Notes under the pieces: generated by a model
Databases searched by the model: none
What the model saw: the letters and a program-made list of their open reading frames with translations, nothing else
Told to the model about the DNA's origin: nothing
In this document: positions 10,594 through 21,331 of the stretch, piece after piece
Layout: the number at the start of each line of letters is the position of its first letter
Position numbering within the stretch: the stretch's first letter is position 1
Program-made: the position numbers and the translations under genes
NCBI GenBank assembly: GCA_964651225.1
Contig: CAZYYD010000003.1
Span: 51,533-115,532, forward strand
DNA length: 64,000 nt
Direction of reading: 5' to 3'
Source of the DNA: an uncultured Ignavibacteriaceae bacterium
Lineage (GTDB): Bacteria > Bacteroidota > Ignavibacteria > UBA10030

Positions 10594-11981
10594 CAGAACC
10601 TCTCGAGTAACAACTTCACATCATTCCATTCAACCGCTCGCAGGAGAAGAATCATCCCGCAGTAGCTTCCGGCTCCGGCAAGAAGTGTCCACCATAATCC
10701 AAGAGGTGCAATGGAGACGACGCAAATCGCCATCAGAAAAACCGAGAGTACCAGGCGCACCATTCTTTTCGGCGGAGCCATAAGCACGAAGAATCGCAAC
10801 GCCCGATTCATGAGAACAACACTTAATCCTTCTGCAATGATAACACCACACGCTGCCCCAAGAGGTCCGAACCAGATCGCCCCCGCACTCACCAACAGGA
10901 CATAGGCAAGGGTGGTGATTCCCATGATCTTTCCATAGGCTTTCTCACCCCCCGCACCAATCAATCCAGAGGTATACGTCGTATGAAGCATTGTGAAAAA
11001 GAAATACCAGATAAGCACTCTCAGCACGGCCGCTGATGATACGTACTCCATTCCAAAGATGAATACGATCAAATCATCCGCGACGACTGTTCCGCCAACG
11101 GCAATGGGCAGACTCACCAGAAGGATCCACCAGACAGCCTCGTCGAGCAGCTTCCTGAATGTTTCCGGTGCATCATGATGCTTCCGAGCAGAGGCCGGAA
11201 GAAGAAGGAGAAGAAGAATACGATCGCCCATCAATAAGAAATAGACAAGCTTGCTCGCCGCACTATAGATACCCACGTCCGCGGTCGTATTGAACAAACC
11301 GAGGGCCAGCGGCGGATAATTAAAGACAATAGTCGAAAGGATAATGCCGATCGTGAGCGGAAGGGATTGTTTCAGCAGTTCAAATGACGGGCGGACATGG
11401 ATCCGGACATTATGATAGAGCACCCGAAATCGGGCAAAAAGCATGGTCGCAGCTGTACATTCTCCAATCAGGACGCCCAGGGCAACCCACAAGACATCGT
11501 TGGACGACCGCACGAATCCAAGGACAACAGCAAGATAGATCACCGACTGCAGTACTCGTGCAGCACTGACAATCCCCATGGTTTCTTTTCCCTGAAAGAA
11601 CCAATCAACAAAAAAGATCTGGGGAAGAACCGCACAGGAGAAAATAATGATCAGCCATGCGATGACGGTGTTATGGACACCTATCAGTACCGTGCAGACG
11701 ATGATGGACAGCACAAGAACCGTTGCTACCATTCTACTGCCGATCACCCGGCCGATCAATTCCGGTGAATCTCCCTGCGCAATCCTCTTTGCCCCGAGAG
11801 TGGGAAATCCTGCCGCACTAAAAATCATCCCGTACGCCAATACCGCAAAACCAAGATTGACAGCCCCAAAGTCTTCCTTCCCCAGCACCCGCGCCAGGTA
11901 TGCCACTGACACAAAGCCCAGCACCCGGCGCATCATATCTGCTGAAAAAAGCGAGAGAAGATTTCTTGAGAGCCGCTTCAT
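10593..11981 (-). CDS. oligosaccharide/polysaccharide flippase (MOP/Wzx family)
   Basis: 462 aa and highly hydrophobic with at least 12 helices. It overlaps both neighbouring glycosyltransferase-block genes by 1 and 4 nt. Confidence 0.75.
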   Translation of the reverse strand: MKRLSRNLLSLFSADMMRRVLGFVSVAYLARVLGKEDFGAVNLGFAVLAYGMIFSAAGFPTLGAKRIAQGDSPELIGRVIGSRMVATVLVLSIIVCTVLIGVHNTVIAWLIIIFSCAVLPQIFFVDWFFQGKETMGIVSAARVLQSVIYLAVVLGFVRSSNDVLWVALGVLIGECTAATMLFARFRVLYHNVRIHVRPSFELLKQSLPLTIGIILSTIVFNYPPLALGLFNTTADVGIYSAASKLVYFLLMGDRILLLLLLPASARKHHDAPETFRKLLDEAVWWILLVSLPIAVGGTVVADDLIVFIFGMEYVSSAAVLRVLIWYFFFTMLHTTYTSGLIGAGGEKAYGKIMGITTLAYVLLVSAGAIWFGPLGAACGVIIAEGLSVVLMNRALRFFVLMAPPKRMVRLVLSVFLMAICVVSIAPLGLWWTLLAGAGSYCGMILLLRAVEWNDVKLLLERF

Positions 11982-13153
11982 TGTTGCTGTACCACACTAT
12001 GGTAGACATCGATCGTTTTCCTGGCAATGTCCGTCCAGGAATACTGTTGTTCTGCAAATGCTCGAATGCGTGCGCGGGTGTGTTCCCGCTGACGAAACAA
12101 ATCACTCCTGAAAAACACCTTCAGCTTCTCAGACATGTCTTCAGCGCTGTCGGGCCTGCAGAGGAACCCGGTTACTCCGTCTATGATATCTTCACAAAAG
12201 CTGCCGACATCCGTCGCGATAATCGGCACTCCAAATCGATAGGAAAGAAAAATAACTCCGCTTTGAAAAATATTTTTATATGGAAGGACCACACAGTCGG
12301 CTGCCGCAAAATACATTTCCACTTCCCCGACAGGTATGTACTGAAAACGGAGTCTTCTATTCTGTTCTGGGAGACGTTGTAGAGCCTGTTGTTCCAGGTT
12401 TCGTATGTAGTCCGATTGTCGTTTTGGGTTTCCGGCAACAATGAGCATCATCGATGCATCTTCGTTGACACATATCGCCACGGCGTCAATCAAGGTCTCG
12501 ATCCCTTTATAGGAATCGATCTGGCCAAAAAAGAGAATCGTATGTACCGTCGGCTCAAGTCCCATCTGCCGCCGCGCCTCTTCCTGTGTCATGCCCTTTC
12601 TGGGGATCCGATTATTGATCCCGTGAGGAATAATGATAACCTTCTGAGAATCGACATGAAAGAGCGAACAGAGTTCTTCCTTCATCTTTGCTGTATGTAC
12701 GATAATCCGGTCCAGAAGGTGATACATCACCGAAAGCGAAAGACGGCGGAGAGGTGTTGCACGCCCGTCACGTGCTTCTCTATAAATATTATGGGCGGTA
12801 AAAACGAGCTTCTTTCCCAACAGCTTATAATAGAGAAGCAATATGGTCCGGTCAATCAACGCAAGGCTGTTTTCCCATTGAATATGAAATATATTCGAAG
12901 GTGTACGTGCAGTATAAAGAAGGAGACGGACGTAATAACACCCTATGCGCCATGCTTTGGTCAGAAAAGACTGCGGTGAAAGGTTATCGCCTCGAAGATT
13001 GAAGAGCTTCACATGCGGCAGTGTGTCTATCACACCGACCGCATTGTCGGAATCTACAACCTCAATTTCCAGATCTGGTATTTCAGAAAGACCGGAGACG
13101 ATTCCATACAGATAATCGGTTTGCTCGCCGGCATTGAGGATAGAGATTCTCAT
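11978..13153 (-). CDS. glycosyltransferase (GT4/GT1-type)
   Basis: GT-B C-terminal domain pattern (..VVLPYKNIFQSGVIFLSYRFGVPIIATDVG..). Confidence 0.8.
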   Translation of the reverse strand: MRISILNAGEQTDYLYGIVSGLSEIPDLEIEVVDSDNAVGVIDTLPHVKLFNLRGDNLSPQSFLTKAWRIGCYYVRLLLYTARTPSNIFHIQWENSLALIDRTILLLYYKLLGKKLVFTAHNIYREARDGRATPLRRLSLSVMYHLLDRIIVHTAKMKEELCSLFHVDSQKVIIIPHGINNRIPRKGMTQEEARRQMGLEPTVHTILFFGQIDSYKGIETLIDAVAICVNEDASMMLIVAGNPKRQSDYIRNLEQQALQRLPEQNRRLRFQYIPVGEVEMYFAAADCVVLPYKNIFQSGVIFLSYRFGVPIIATDVGSFCEDIIDGVTGFLCRPDSAEDMSEKLKVFFRSDLFRQREHTRARIRAFAEQQYSWTDIARKTIDVYHSVVQQQ

Positions 13154-13165
13154 GGGCAGGACGTG

Positions 13166-13657
13166 TTATTCGTCCACCTGTACCTCAAATTGAACAATCT
13201 TGAATCCTTTTGTTGTATCCAGCACTCCAAAGATGACGCCAACAAACACCACGATCATGCCGCTTAAAAACGCACCAAGGATAAGATATCGGACCTCAAG
13301 CTGCGAAATAAAATAATCTATTCCAATAAACAACGATGTGGCGACAAACAACCCGACCGCAATGAGGTAGCAGAAGACCGAATTCCGGATAAGCTGAGCT
13401 CGTTTGAGAAGCCCATGCAATTGCCGGGAAATACTTTCGATACGCTGGTTTTCAATGGGATGGAATTCCCGTTCGGCTGCATGGAGAATCATTCTCCGTT
13501 TTTCTTCCGTCAGTGCACGGATACGATTCAGCACGCTGGTGAATTTATTGCTGATTCCCAGCAGCAACAATCCGCATGCATTGATCATAATTCCAGGGGC
13601 AAGGATCAACTGGATCACCTGGATAACAGAAAGATTTTCTGAAAGAATGGGATTCAT
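13166..13657 (-). CDS. DUF2721-like membrane protein
   Basis: N-terminus LILAPGIMINACGLLLLGISNKF..RIR..L and a C-terminal TM pair, as recalled for DUF2721. Confidence 0.55.
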   Translation of the reverse strand: MNPILSENLSVIQVIQLILAPGIMINACGLLLLGISNKFTSVLNRIRALTEEKRRMILHAAEREFHPIENQRIESISRQLHGLLKRAQLIRNSVFCYLIAVGLFVATSLFIGIDYFISQLEVRYLILGAFLSGMIVVFVGVIFGVLDTTKGFKIVQFEVQVDE

Positions 13658-13675
13658 TTCTTTTACCTCATATTT

Positions 13676-14689
13676 CTATGGATGGCTTCCGATAATTTCA
13701 CCCAACACGAGGGGCATTTCCTTCTTTCGTTTGAGTGCCGAGATCACTACATCAATTCCGTTGCGATCGACCAGGAGAATTAATCCGATACCAAGATTAA
13801 AGGTCCGGCGCATATCTTCTTCCGGGACATTCCCTACATGCTGAATTAGATTGAAGACAGCAGGACGTTCCCATGCATTCCAATCGATCTTGAGTCTCAA
13901 TCCTTCCGGAATAACCCGCATGGTATTTCCTTCGATGCCTCCGCCGGTGATGTGCGATAATCCATGGATGTTCTTTGCTACGGCATCTTGAAGCAGCGGA
14001 TGAAGGGTTGGTTGATACGAGCGATGCACTGCCAGGAGCGAATCGCCCAGCGTACAACCAAGTTCATCGAAATATGTTTCCAGCGAAAACTTGTCCAGCA
14101 GCACACGCCGTGCTAAAGAATACCCGTTGGTATGCAGACCCGTGGAGGGGAGCCCGATGAGGATATCCCCTTTCTTCACTTTCTTCCCGGTGAGAATTTT
14201 TTTCTCATCCACCACACCAACGATGGTCCCGGCAATATCATAATCTGCTGTACCGTACATCCCTGGCATTTCAGCTGTTTCACCGCCGATCAAAGCGCAG
14301 CCATTCTCCTTGCACGCTTTCACAAAACCGAGGATTACCTGTTCCGCGACATCCGGAGTAAGTTTTCCGGTTGCATAGTAATCAAGAAAATAGAGCGGCT
14401 TCGCACCGCACGCGAGGATATCGTTCACGCAGTGATTGACGAGATCCTGTCCAACCGTTTCATGACGATTCAATGCGATGGCGATTTTCAGCTTGGTGCC
14501 AATCCCATCGACGCTGGAGACGAGCACCGGCTTCCTGATTCCTTTGAAATCCGCCCGATAGAACGCGCCGAACATACCGATATCTGTCAGGACATTGCGG
14601 TTGAACGTCGAACGAACAGGTTTTTTAATACGTCGAACGAGTTCTTCGCCTGCATCGATATCAACACCGGAGTCTTTATAGGTCGTCAT
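13676..14689 (-). CDS. purM: phosphoribosylformylglycinamidine cyclo-ligase (AIR synthetase)
   Basis: YKDSGVDIDAGEELV, VDGIGTKLKIA and GGETAEMPGMY. 337 aa. Confidence 0.95.
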   Translation of the reverse strand: MTTYKDSGVDIDAGEELVRRIKKPVRSTFNRNVLTDIGMFGAFYRADFKGIRKPVLVSSVDGIGTKLKIAIALNRHETVGQDLVNHCVNDILACGAKPLYFLDYYATGKLTPDVAEQVILGFVKACKENGCALIGGETAEMPGMYGTADYDIAGTIVGVVDEKKILTGKKVKKGDILIGLPSTGLHTNGYSLARRVLLDKFSLETYFDELGCTLGDSLLAVHRSYQPTLHPLLQDAVAKNIHGLSHITGGGIEGNTMRVIPEGLRLKIDWNAWERPAVFNLIQHVGNVPEEDMRRTFNLGIGLILLVDRNGIDVVISALKRKKEMPLVLGEIIGSHP

Positions 14690-14860
14690 GGATCATCGGG
14701 TTTGGGGATTGAAATTTGATTTCCTGTAAGATAGGAGATTTTTTTCCGTTGAACAAGGAGAGAACTATCTCCCTAGGGATCGGAACACAGCAATGTGGTC
14801 CGCTTGTTCTTGTTCTCCGGCTTCATTATATTACGTGTAATCTTTCTACAGGAAATCACC

Positions 14861-15532
14861 ATGAAATCCATTTCACTGCGCGGTTCTCAAGAGCCTGTCA
14901 CTGTCGGTAAGATTATCTGCATCGGTCAAAATTATATCGACCATGCGAAGGAAATGAAGTCCGAAGTCCCAACCTCTCCGGTCTTCTTCTTGAAACCGCC
15001 AAGCGCCATCATCCATCAGGGTGAATCGATCGTTCTCCCCTCTCTTTCGAACGATGTGCACCACGAAGTGGAATTGACTGTTCTGATTGGTGAAGGAGGA
15101 ACGAACATCCCCCGCGAGAAAGCATTTCATCACGTCGCGGGATACGGCATTGGCCTTGATATGACCATGCGCGATGTACAATCGGAAGCCAAAAAGAAAG
15201 GCCTCCCGTGGACTCTGGCGAAAGGATTCAACACATCCGCCCCGTTGTCGGAATTTATTCCAGCATCGACCGCCGGAAATCCTGGAGCACTCAGCGTTCA
15301 CTTAAAAGTTAACGGATCAGTACGGCAATCCTGCAGCACCGGCAAGCTCATTTTCCCGGTGGACGTGCTCATCGCATACATTTCGCAATTCATGACCTTT
15401 GAACGCGGCGATATTCTCTATACCGGCACACCGGAAGGCGTTTCACGCGTCCACCATGGCGATGTCCTGGACGCGTCACTTCTGAATGCAGCTGGCAGTA
15501 CTCTCGTTTCACTCTCGGTGAGCGTACAGTAA
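14861..15532 (+). CDS. fumarylacetoacetate hydrolase (FAH) family protein
   Basis: Internal ATG at 14861 (MKSISLRG). KIICIGQNYIDHAKEM, HHEVELTVLIG and GTPEGV. Confidence 0.85.
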   Translation: MKSISLRGSQEPVTVGKIICIGQNYIDHAKEMKSEVPTSPVFFLKPPSAIIHQGESIVLPSLSNDVHHEVELTVLIGEGGTNIPREKAFHHVAGYGIGLDMTMRDVQSEAKKKGLPWTLAKGFNTSAPLSEFIPASTAGNPGALSVHLKVNGSVRQSCSTGKLIFPVDVLIAYISQFMTFERGDILYTGTPEGVSRVHHGDVLDASLLNAAGSTLVSLSVSVQ

Positions 15533-15534
15533 CG

Positions 15535-15915
15535 ATGAAGGCGAAGTTCAAGGAATTTTTCTCGAACTACGAGAATGCCATCTTCTCATGGTTCATTATC
15601 GTAGGAGCCATCGCACTCGGGATTCACTACAGCATCGATCGACGGCTCCTCGCTGCCATCGTTCTCCTCATCGGCATCGCAGGTCATGCCTTCGGAGCGT
15701 TGGTCGCGTGGATCGGATTGGTGCCGTTGGTGGGCCCCATAATTGCACAGGTACTTACTCTCCCATTCATTTGGATCCTGAATGGCATTGGATACCTTGT
15801 ATCCGTTGTGGCAATCAAGCGGGGATACTCCAAAGATGTACTCAATTATCGGATGGCAACTGTCACACTTATTGTCGGTATCATTCTTGGATATATCTTA
15901 GGTACATTGACCTAA
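15535..15915 (+). CDS. hypothetical small membrane protein
   Basis: 126 aa with four hydrophobic helices. It starts 3 nt after the FAH stop. Confidence 0.5.
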   Translation: MKAKFKEFFSNYENAIFSWFIIVGAIALGIHYSIDRRLLAAIVLLIGIAGHAFGALVAWIGLVPLVGPIIAQVLTLPFIWILNGIGYLVSVVAIKRGYSKDVLNYRMATVTLIVGIILGYILGTLT

Positions 15916-16003
15916 AGAACGCAGCAAGACCGAACAGCGAAAAAATGCTGTTGGAAAGTATAGAAAAAATTGTTATCCTCTCTCTTAAATTCTGGATAGT
16001 GTT

Positions 16004-16816
16004 TTGGGAAAAATCATCACCATAGGAATCCCCAAAGGAGGCGTAGGAAAGACGACCACGGCGGTAAATCTCGCCGCGAGTTTCGCTGTCCTCGAAAAAC
16101 GTGTTCTCCTGATCGACACGGATCCGTTCGGAGCATGCAGCATGTCTCTGGGATTCACCCCAGAGAAAACCAGAGGCGGTCTCTACGAAGTCTTCAACTT
16201 CATCCGCTCCATGACGCAGGTGATTCACCGAACGGAACTGGCATTCCTGGATTTTGTTCCTGCGAATATCACCACGGCACAGGCAGAAGAACGGATCATG
16301 CGCCTCTCGGAAAATCGGACCCTTTTAAAAAATATTCTTCGTACCATCGCACCGCATTATGATTATATCATTATCGATACGCCGCCATTTTTACGCGGGC
16401 TCACGGCCAATGCTCTCACGTGCGCCGATTCGGTGCTCATCCCGATTAAATCCGGACATTTTTCACTGGAGGGGATCGATAAGCTCTTTAAGTATTTTGA
16501 ATGGATCCGCGACGCAGCCAACAAAACATTGCAGATTGAAGGCATTCTTCAAACGATGTACGAACCGCATACAAAAGTCACAGAGATCACCGACAGGGAA
16601 TTGCAGCTGCGTTTCCGAAAGCATCTTATTAAAACTATTATTCCAAAGAATACGCACCTGACGGAAGCTTCGTTCTACGGAAAACCCTCTATCCTCTTTA
16701 ATGCTACCTCGAGAGGAACACTTGCCTATTTAGAACTCGCGCGTGAACTGATCGATCGGCACCAGGCTGCAGTACCATCTTCGACTATTCTTCCAGCACA
16801 GATTCAATCAGCATAA
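16004..16816 (+). CDS. ParA/Soj-family P-loop ATPase (TTG start)
   Basis: Deviant Walker A PKGGVGKTTTAVNLA followed by LLIDTDP. No parB is adjacent. Confidence 0.85.
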   Translation: MGKIITIGIPKGGVGKTTTAVNLAASFAVLEKRVLLIDTDPFGACSMSLGFTPEKTRGGLYEVFNFIRSMTQVIHRTELAFLDFVPANITTAQAEERIMRLSENRTLLKNILRTIAPHYDYIIIDTPPFLRGLTANALTCADSVLIPIKSGHFSLEGIDKLFKYFEWIRDAANKTLQIEGILQTMYEPHTKVTEITDRELQLRFRKHLIKTIIPKNTHLTEASFYGKPSILFNATSRGTLAYLELARELIDRHQAAVPSSTILPAQIQSA

Positions 16817-16949
16817 GCACTATCCTCCAGTTCGGGGAAGAGACAATCCAATCTCAGGATGAGCAGAGGTATTCTCAGATGTATGATTCGTTTTTCCGGC
16901 GTTGATTTCATCCCCGTTTTTTCGTTAATTGAAGGGAGCTGACGACTTT

Positions 16950-16975
16950 GGGGTAGCGCGTGCTACCCTTTTCTC
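16950..16975 (+). terminator. rho-independent terminator candidate
   Basis: GGGTAGC (16951-16957), loop GCGT, GCTACCC (16962-16968), then TTTTCTCT. Confidence 0.5.
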
Positions 16976-16993
16976 TATATCGTTAGAAACCGT

Positions 16994-19741
16994 ATGGGCA
17001 CACAAGAACTCTCAAAAGCATATAATCCAAAAGAAGTAGAGGATAAGTGGTATTCCTCGTGGGAATCGAACGGCCTGTTTCATGCAGCCGCCAATAAAGA
17101 CAAAGCCCCGTATACCATCGTCATTCCGCCGCCGAACATCACCGGCAGTCTCACGATGGGGCACGTATTGAATAACACACTGCAGGATGTCTTTGTCCGG
17201 TGGAAACGGATGCAGGGGTTTGAAGCATGCTGGATTCCCGGCACCGACCACGCCGGCATCGCAACTCAGAACGCCGTGGAAAAATCTCTTGCCAAAGAAG
17301 GCAAACACCGCCACGACCTCGGGCGCGAGAAGTTCATTGAACTTGTCTGGCAGTGGCGGGAAAAATACGGCAGCACGATTATCCAGCAATTGCGCAAGCT
17401 GGGTGTTTCGTGTGATTGGGAGCGCGAACGCTTTACGATGGATGAGGGATTATCCAATGCCGTGAAAGAGGTGTTCATCCGGTTGTTCGAAAAAGGACTG
17501 GTCTACCGCGGCAAGTACATTGTCAACTGGTGCCCCCAGCATCAAACGGCGTTAAGCGATGATGAAGTCGATCACTCAGAGACGAACGGAAGCCTCTATT
17601 ATATCAAGTACCCCATCGTCGGTTCCACGGAATTTGCCATTGTCGCAACGACGCGTCCGGAGACAATGCTGGGCGATACGGCACTCTGCGTCCATCCGAA
17701 AGATGAACGCTTCAAACATCTGATCGGGAAAACGGCCATTCTTCCGATCGTCGGGCGGAAGCTTCCTATCATTGCGGATGATTATATCGATCTGAGTTTC
17801 GGCACCGGCGTTATGAAAGTGACCCCCGCACATGATGCGAACGACTTTCTGCTCGGTCAACGGCACGAGCTTGCACAAATCAATGTTCTGGATGAGACTG
17901 CTCGCCTTAACTCTTCCGTTCCAAAAGAATACGAAGGGATGGACCGCTTTGAATGCCGGGCTCAACTTGTGATAGACCTGGAAGCTCAAGGATTCCTGGA
18001 AAAAATTGAACCGTATGTTCATAACATCGGCAAATGCTATCGATGCCATACGGTGGTGGAGCCCTGGTTGTCCGATCAATGGTTTGTCAAAATGAAACCG
18101 CTTGCCGCTCCTGCACTGCGCGTTGTGCACGAAGGAAAAGTACGCTTCCATCCCGACCGATGGACAAAAGTGTACGAGCACTGGATGACGAACATCCGCG
18201 ACTGGTGCATCTCGCGGCAAATATGGTGGGGACACCGCATTCCTGTTTATTACACGCAGGATGGAAATTATGTCGCCGCACGGAATGAGGAAGAAGCACG
18301 CAAAAAACTTGACGTCCGCCCTGACGTACCGATCCGTCAAGATGAAGATGTCCTCGATACGTGGTTCTCCTCATGGCTCTGGCCCTTCTCCACACTCGGC
18401 TGGCCCGATGATAACAAGGACCTGCAGTACTTTAATCCGACCGACACGCTTGTCACCGCTCCCGACATTATTTTCTTCTGGGTAGCGCGGATGATCATGG
18501 CGAATATGGAGTTTATGAAAGGAACTCCCGGCCATAATGGGAAACCCCGCAAGAAAGATGAGGACCTTGTTCCCTTCCGCGATGTGTACTTTACCAGCAT
18601 CATTCGTGATATGGAAGGCCGCAAGATGAGCAAGTCGCTCGGCAATTCTCCCGATCCGCTGGATGTCATCGATCAGTACGGCGCTGATGCGCTCCGCTTC
18701 ACAGTCGCGTACCTTGCACCGCTGGGGCAGGACGTGCTGTTCGCCGCTGAAAAATGTGAGATCGGCAGAAACTTTGCAAACAAAATCTGGAACGCCGGGC
18801 GCTTCCTGCTGATGAATAAACAGGAAATCATCGGCGACGGCGACGCACCGCTTGGCACATTACCCGCCGAGCATCTCGATCTTGCCGATCGGTGGATCCT
18901 TTCGCGCCTGAACCAGGCAGTCAAGGCATTCAACAACTCGCTGACGGAGTTCCACGTCAACGAAGCCACAAAGCTGATTTATGATTTCATCTGGCATGAT
19001 TTCTGTGATTGGTATGTGGAGATGGTCAAAACCCGGTTCTATGGCGATGAATCGAAAGAAGTGAAGACCGCAGTGGTCCTTCGCGCTTTGTGGATTTATG
19101 ATCAGGCATTGCGGCTTCTCCATCCTGTCATGCCGTTTATTTCAGAGGAAGTATGGCAGCACCTCACCGATCGCAGAGGTGCATCGCTTATGCGAGCTTC
19201 CTTCCCCGTCATTGACCATCATTATATTAACCAGAAGATCGAAGATGAACTGAACTTCGTGATAAAAGTCATCGAGGCGGTGCGGAACATTCGGGGCGAG
19301 CTCAATGTAGCCCCATCCAAACACATCGAAGTACATATGCACCTGCAGGGCGAGTTTGGCGAAAAGCTCACGACCGACATCAACGCGATGCAGGGTCTTT
19401 TGAACTATATCGACCGACTCTGCCGCGCAAAAACCATTCCGACCTGGGCACGAGAGACAGCCACATTCGAACGCCCCAAAGCGTCCGCCAGTGCCGTTGT
19501 CTACGAGACCGAAATTTTTATTCCGCTCGCAGGGATCATCGATCTCGACGCCGAGCGGAAGCGGCTGGAAAAAGAAATTATGCGGTTGAATGGATTAGTC
19601 GAGAGTATTGAAAGAAAATTAACAAACGCGAGTTTTGTTGCAAAGGCGCCAAAAGAAGTTGTCGAGAAAGAGCGCGAAAAGCAGAAGAATATTACGATGA
19701 ATATGGAGAAGCTGAAGGCAAATCTTGCTCAGCTCAACTAA
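16994..19741 (+). CDS. valS: valine--tRNA ligase
   Basis: PPPNITGSLTMGHVLN (HIGH-type motif), KMSKS present (RKMSKSLGN) and a C-terminal coiled coil. 915 aa. Confidence 0.97.
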   Translation: MGTQELSKAYNPKEVEDKWYSSWESNGLFHAAANKDKAPYTIVIPPPNITGSLTMGHVLNNTLQDVFVRWKRMQGFEACWIPGTDHAGIATQNAVEKSLAKEGKHRHDLGREKFIELVWQWREKYGSTIIQQLRKLGVSCDWERERFTMDEGLSNAVKEVFIRLFEKGLVYRGKYIVNWCPQHQTALSDDEVDHSETNGSLYYIKYPIVGSTEFAIVATTRPETMLGDTALCVHPKDERFKHLIGKTAILPIVGRKLPIIADDYIDLSFGTGVMKVTPAHDANDFLLGQRHELAQINVLDETARLNSSVPKEYEGMDRFECRAQLVIDLEAQGFLEKIEPYVHNIGKCYRCHTVVEPWLSDQWFVKMKPLAAPALRVVHEGKVRFHPDRWTKVYEHWMTNIRDWCISRQIWWGHRIPVYYTQDGNYVAARNEEEARKKLDVRPDVPIRQDEDVLDTWFSSWLWPFSTLGWPDDNKDLQYFNPTDTLVTAPDIIFFWVARMIMANMEFMKGTPGHNGKPRKKDEDLVPFRDVYFTSIIRDMEGRKMSKSLGNSPDPLDVIDQYGADALRFTVAYLAPLGQDVLFAAEKCEIGRNFANKIWNAGRFLLMNKQEIIGDGDAPLGTLPAEHLDLADRWILSRLNQAVKAFNNSLTEFHVNEATKLIYDFIWHDFCDWYVEMVKTRFYGDESKEVKTAVVLRALWIYDQALRLLHPVMPFISEEVWQHLTDRRGASLMRASFPVIDHHYINQKIEDELNFVIKVIEAVRNIRGELNVAPSKHIEVHMHLQGEFGEKLTTDINAMQGLLNYIDRLCRAKTIPTWARETATFERPKASASAVVYETEIFIPLAGIIDLDAERKRLEKEIMRLNGLVESIERKLTNASFVAKAPKEVVEKEREKQKNITMNMEKLKANLAQLN

Positions 19742-19786
19742 TGGACTGATCCGAACACGTTTCCCTTAACTCTTTTTCCTTGAACT

Positions 19787-20158
19787 ATGTATACCGTTAC
19801 TATCGAAACTGAATTTTCCGCTGCACATATCATCCGCGGATACAACGGTCCCTGTTCCCGGCCCCATGGACATAATTGGAAAGTCACCGTGGAAGCGAAG
19901 ACCGAAGTGCTTGATCATCTCGGTATAAGTATCGATTTCTATGTGCTTCAGAACAAGACAGAAGAAGTTGTCGCAAAGTTCGATCATCAGGATTTGAATA
20001 CCATTTCTCCTTTTGATCATGCGTTAAATCCGACATCCGAGAATATTGCACGGCATATTTACGAAGAGCTCAAGAAGATCCTGCCGCCACAGATGAAGCT
20101 TTCCTTCGTGGGTATCGGAGAGACCGGGCAATATACAGCAAAGTACTCTGAAGATTAA
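19787..20158 (+). CDS. queD: 6-carboxy-5,6,7,8-tetrahydropterin synthase
   Basis: 123 aa with FSAAH..PHGHNW motifs, at the head of the que cluster. Confidence 0.9.
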   Translation: MYTVTIETEFSAAHIIRGYNGPCSRPHGHNWKVTVEAKTEVLDHLGISIDFYVLQNKTEEVVAKFDHQDLNTISPFDHALNPTSENIARHIYEELKKILPPQMKLSFVGIGETGQYTAKYSED

Positions 20159-20216
20159 CACGATAAGAGCGGGACAAAGAAGAACTACACCACGCTCCTC
20201 GATAGACACTATCTCC

Positions 20217-20876
20217 ATGACCAACGGTCCACAGGACACACTCAACATCAATGAAATTTTCTTCAGCATCCAGGGAGAGTCAACGCTCATGGGAAAACCG
20301 TGCGTCTTTGTTCGGCTAAGCGCATGCGACCTCCGCTGTGTGTGGTGTGATACGGCATATGCCTTCTCTGATGGCACCGAGATGTCCATAGACTCCATCA
20401 TCCAGAAGGTGAAAGAATACCCATGCGATCTCGTGGAAATCACCGGTGGAGAACCTCTCCTTCAGGAAAATGTTCATGCATTGATGAAACTCCTCTGTGA
20501 CGCGGGGTATACAGTGATACTTGAAACGGGGGGGCATCGGGATATCAGCAGTGTCGACACACGCGTCAAGCGGATCATGGATATTAAATGTCCCGGCAGT
20601 AAGATGGAAAAACATAACCGCTGGGAAAACATAGACTCCCTTACTGCACTTGATGAAATAAAGTTTGTCCTAGCCGATCAAGCCGACTATGAATGGGCAA
20701 AGCAGATCATACATCAATATGGATTAGCGAAACGTTGCCCTGTTCTGATGTCGCCCGTCTTTAACAAATTAGAAAACCGTACATTGGCGGAGTGGATACT
20801 CCGCGATCATCTCAACGTGCAATTCCAGCTGCAGATGCATAAATATATTTGGGATCCAACAGCAAGAGGCGTGTGA
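20217..20876 (+). CDS. queE: 7-carboxy-7-deazaguanine synthase (radical SAM)
   Basis: INEIFFSIQGES and CVFVRLSACDLRCVWCDT. Confidence 0.9.
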   Translation: MTNGPQDTLNINEIFFSIQGESTLMGKPCVFVRLSACDLRCVWCDTAYAFSDGTEMSIDSIIQKVKEYPCDLVEITGGEPLLQENVHALMKLLCDAGYTVILETGGHRDISSVDTRVKRIMDIKCPGSKMEKHNRWENIDSLTALDEIKFVLADQADYEWAKQIIHQYGLAKRCPVLMSPVFNKLENRTLAEWILRDHLNVQFQLQMHKYIWDPTARGV

Positions 20877-20962
20877 TTACACTGATTGCGCTGATTGTGA
20901 CACTGATATTATGATTTCGCAGATTTTTGGGCTTTTTTTCTCATCAACAGAAATGAGGATAT

Positions 20963-21331
20963 ATGATGGACCCGATAAAGAAATTGGAAACATTTGACAA
21001 TAAGTACCCGAGCCGGGATTATACGGTCACGATCGTCAATCCGGAATTTACTTCTGTCTGCCCGAAGACCGGTCTGCCCGACTTCGGCACGATCACCATC
21101 AATTACATTCCGAACAAGAAGTGTGTGGAACTGAAATCGCTGAAATATTATTTTCTGGAATACCGGTCGACGGGCATATTCTATGAGACCGTTGTCAACA
21201 AGATCCTGGATGACCTCGTGTCCGTGCTTCATCCTAAATGGATGGAAGTCACCGGGAATTTCACTGCTCGCGGCGGCATCAGCACGACGGTGAAGACCGA
21301 GCATGCCGACAAAGGAAAGCGAAGGAAATGA
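20963..21331 (+). CDS. queF: NADPH-dependent 7-cyano-7-deazaguanine reductase (short type)
   Basis: [17 protein letters not shown] and ELKSLKYYF. Confidence 0.9.
   Translation: MMDPIKKLETFDNKYPSRDYTVTIVNPEFTSVCPKTGLPDFGTITINYIPNKKCVELKSLKYYFLEYRSTGIFYETVVNKILDDLVSVLHPKWMEVTGNFTARGGISTTVKTEHADKGKRRK

Noticed and set aside
19742-19786. A preQ1 riboswitch upstream of queD.
   Set aside because: The gap is only 45 nt, and I could not see the conserved preQ1-I stem or A-rich tail pattern.
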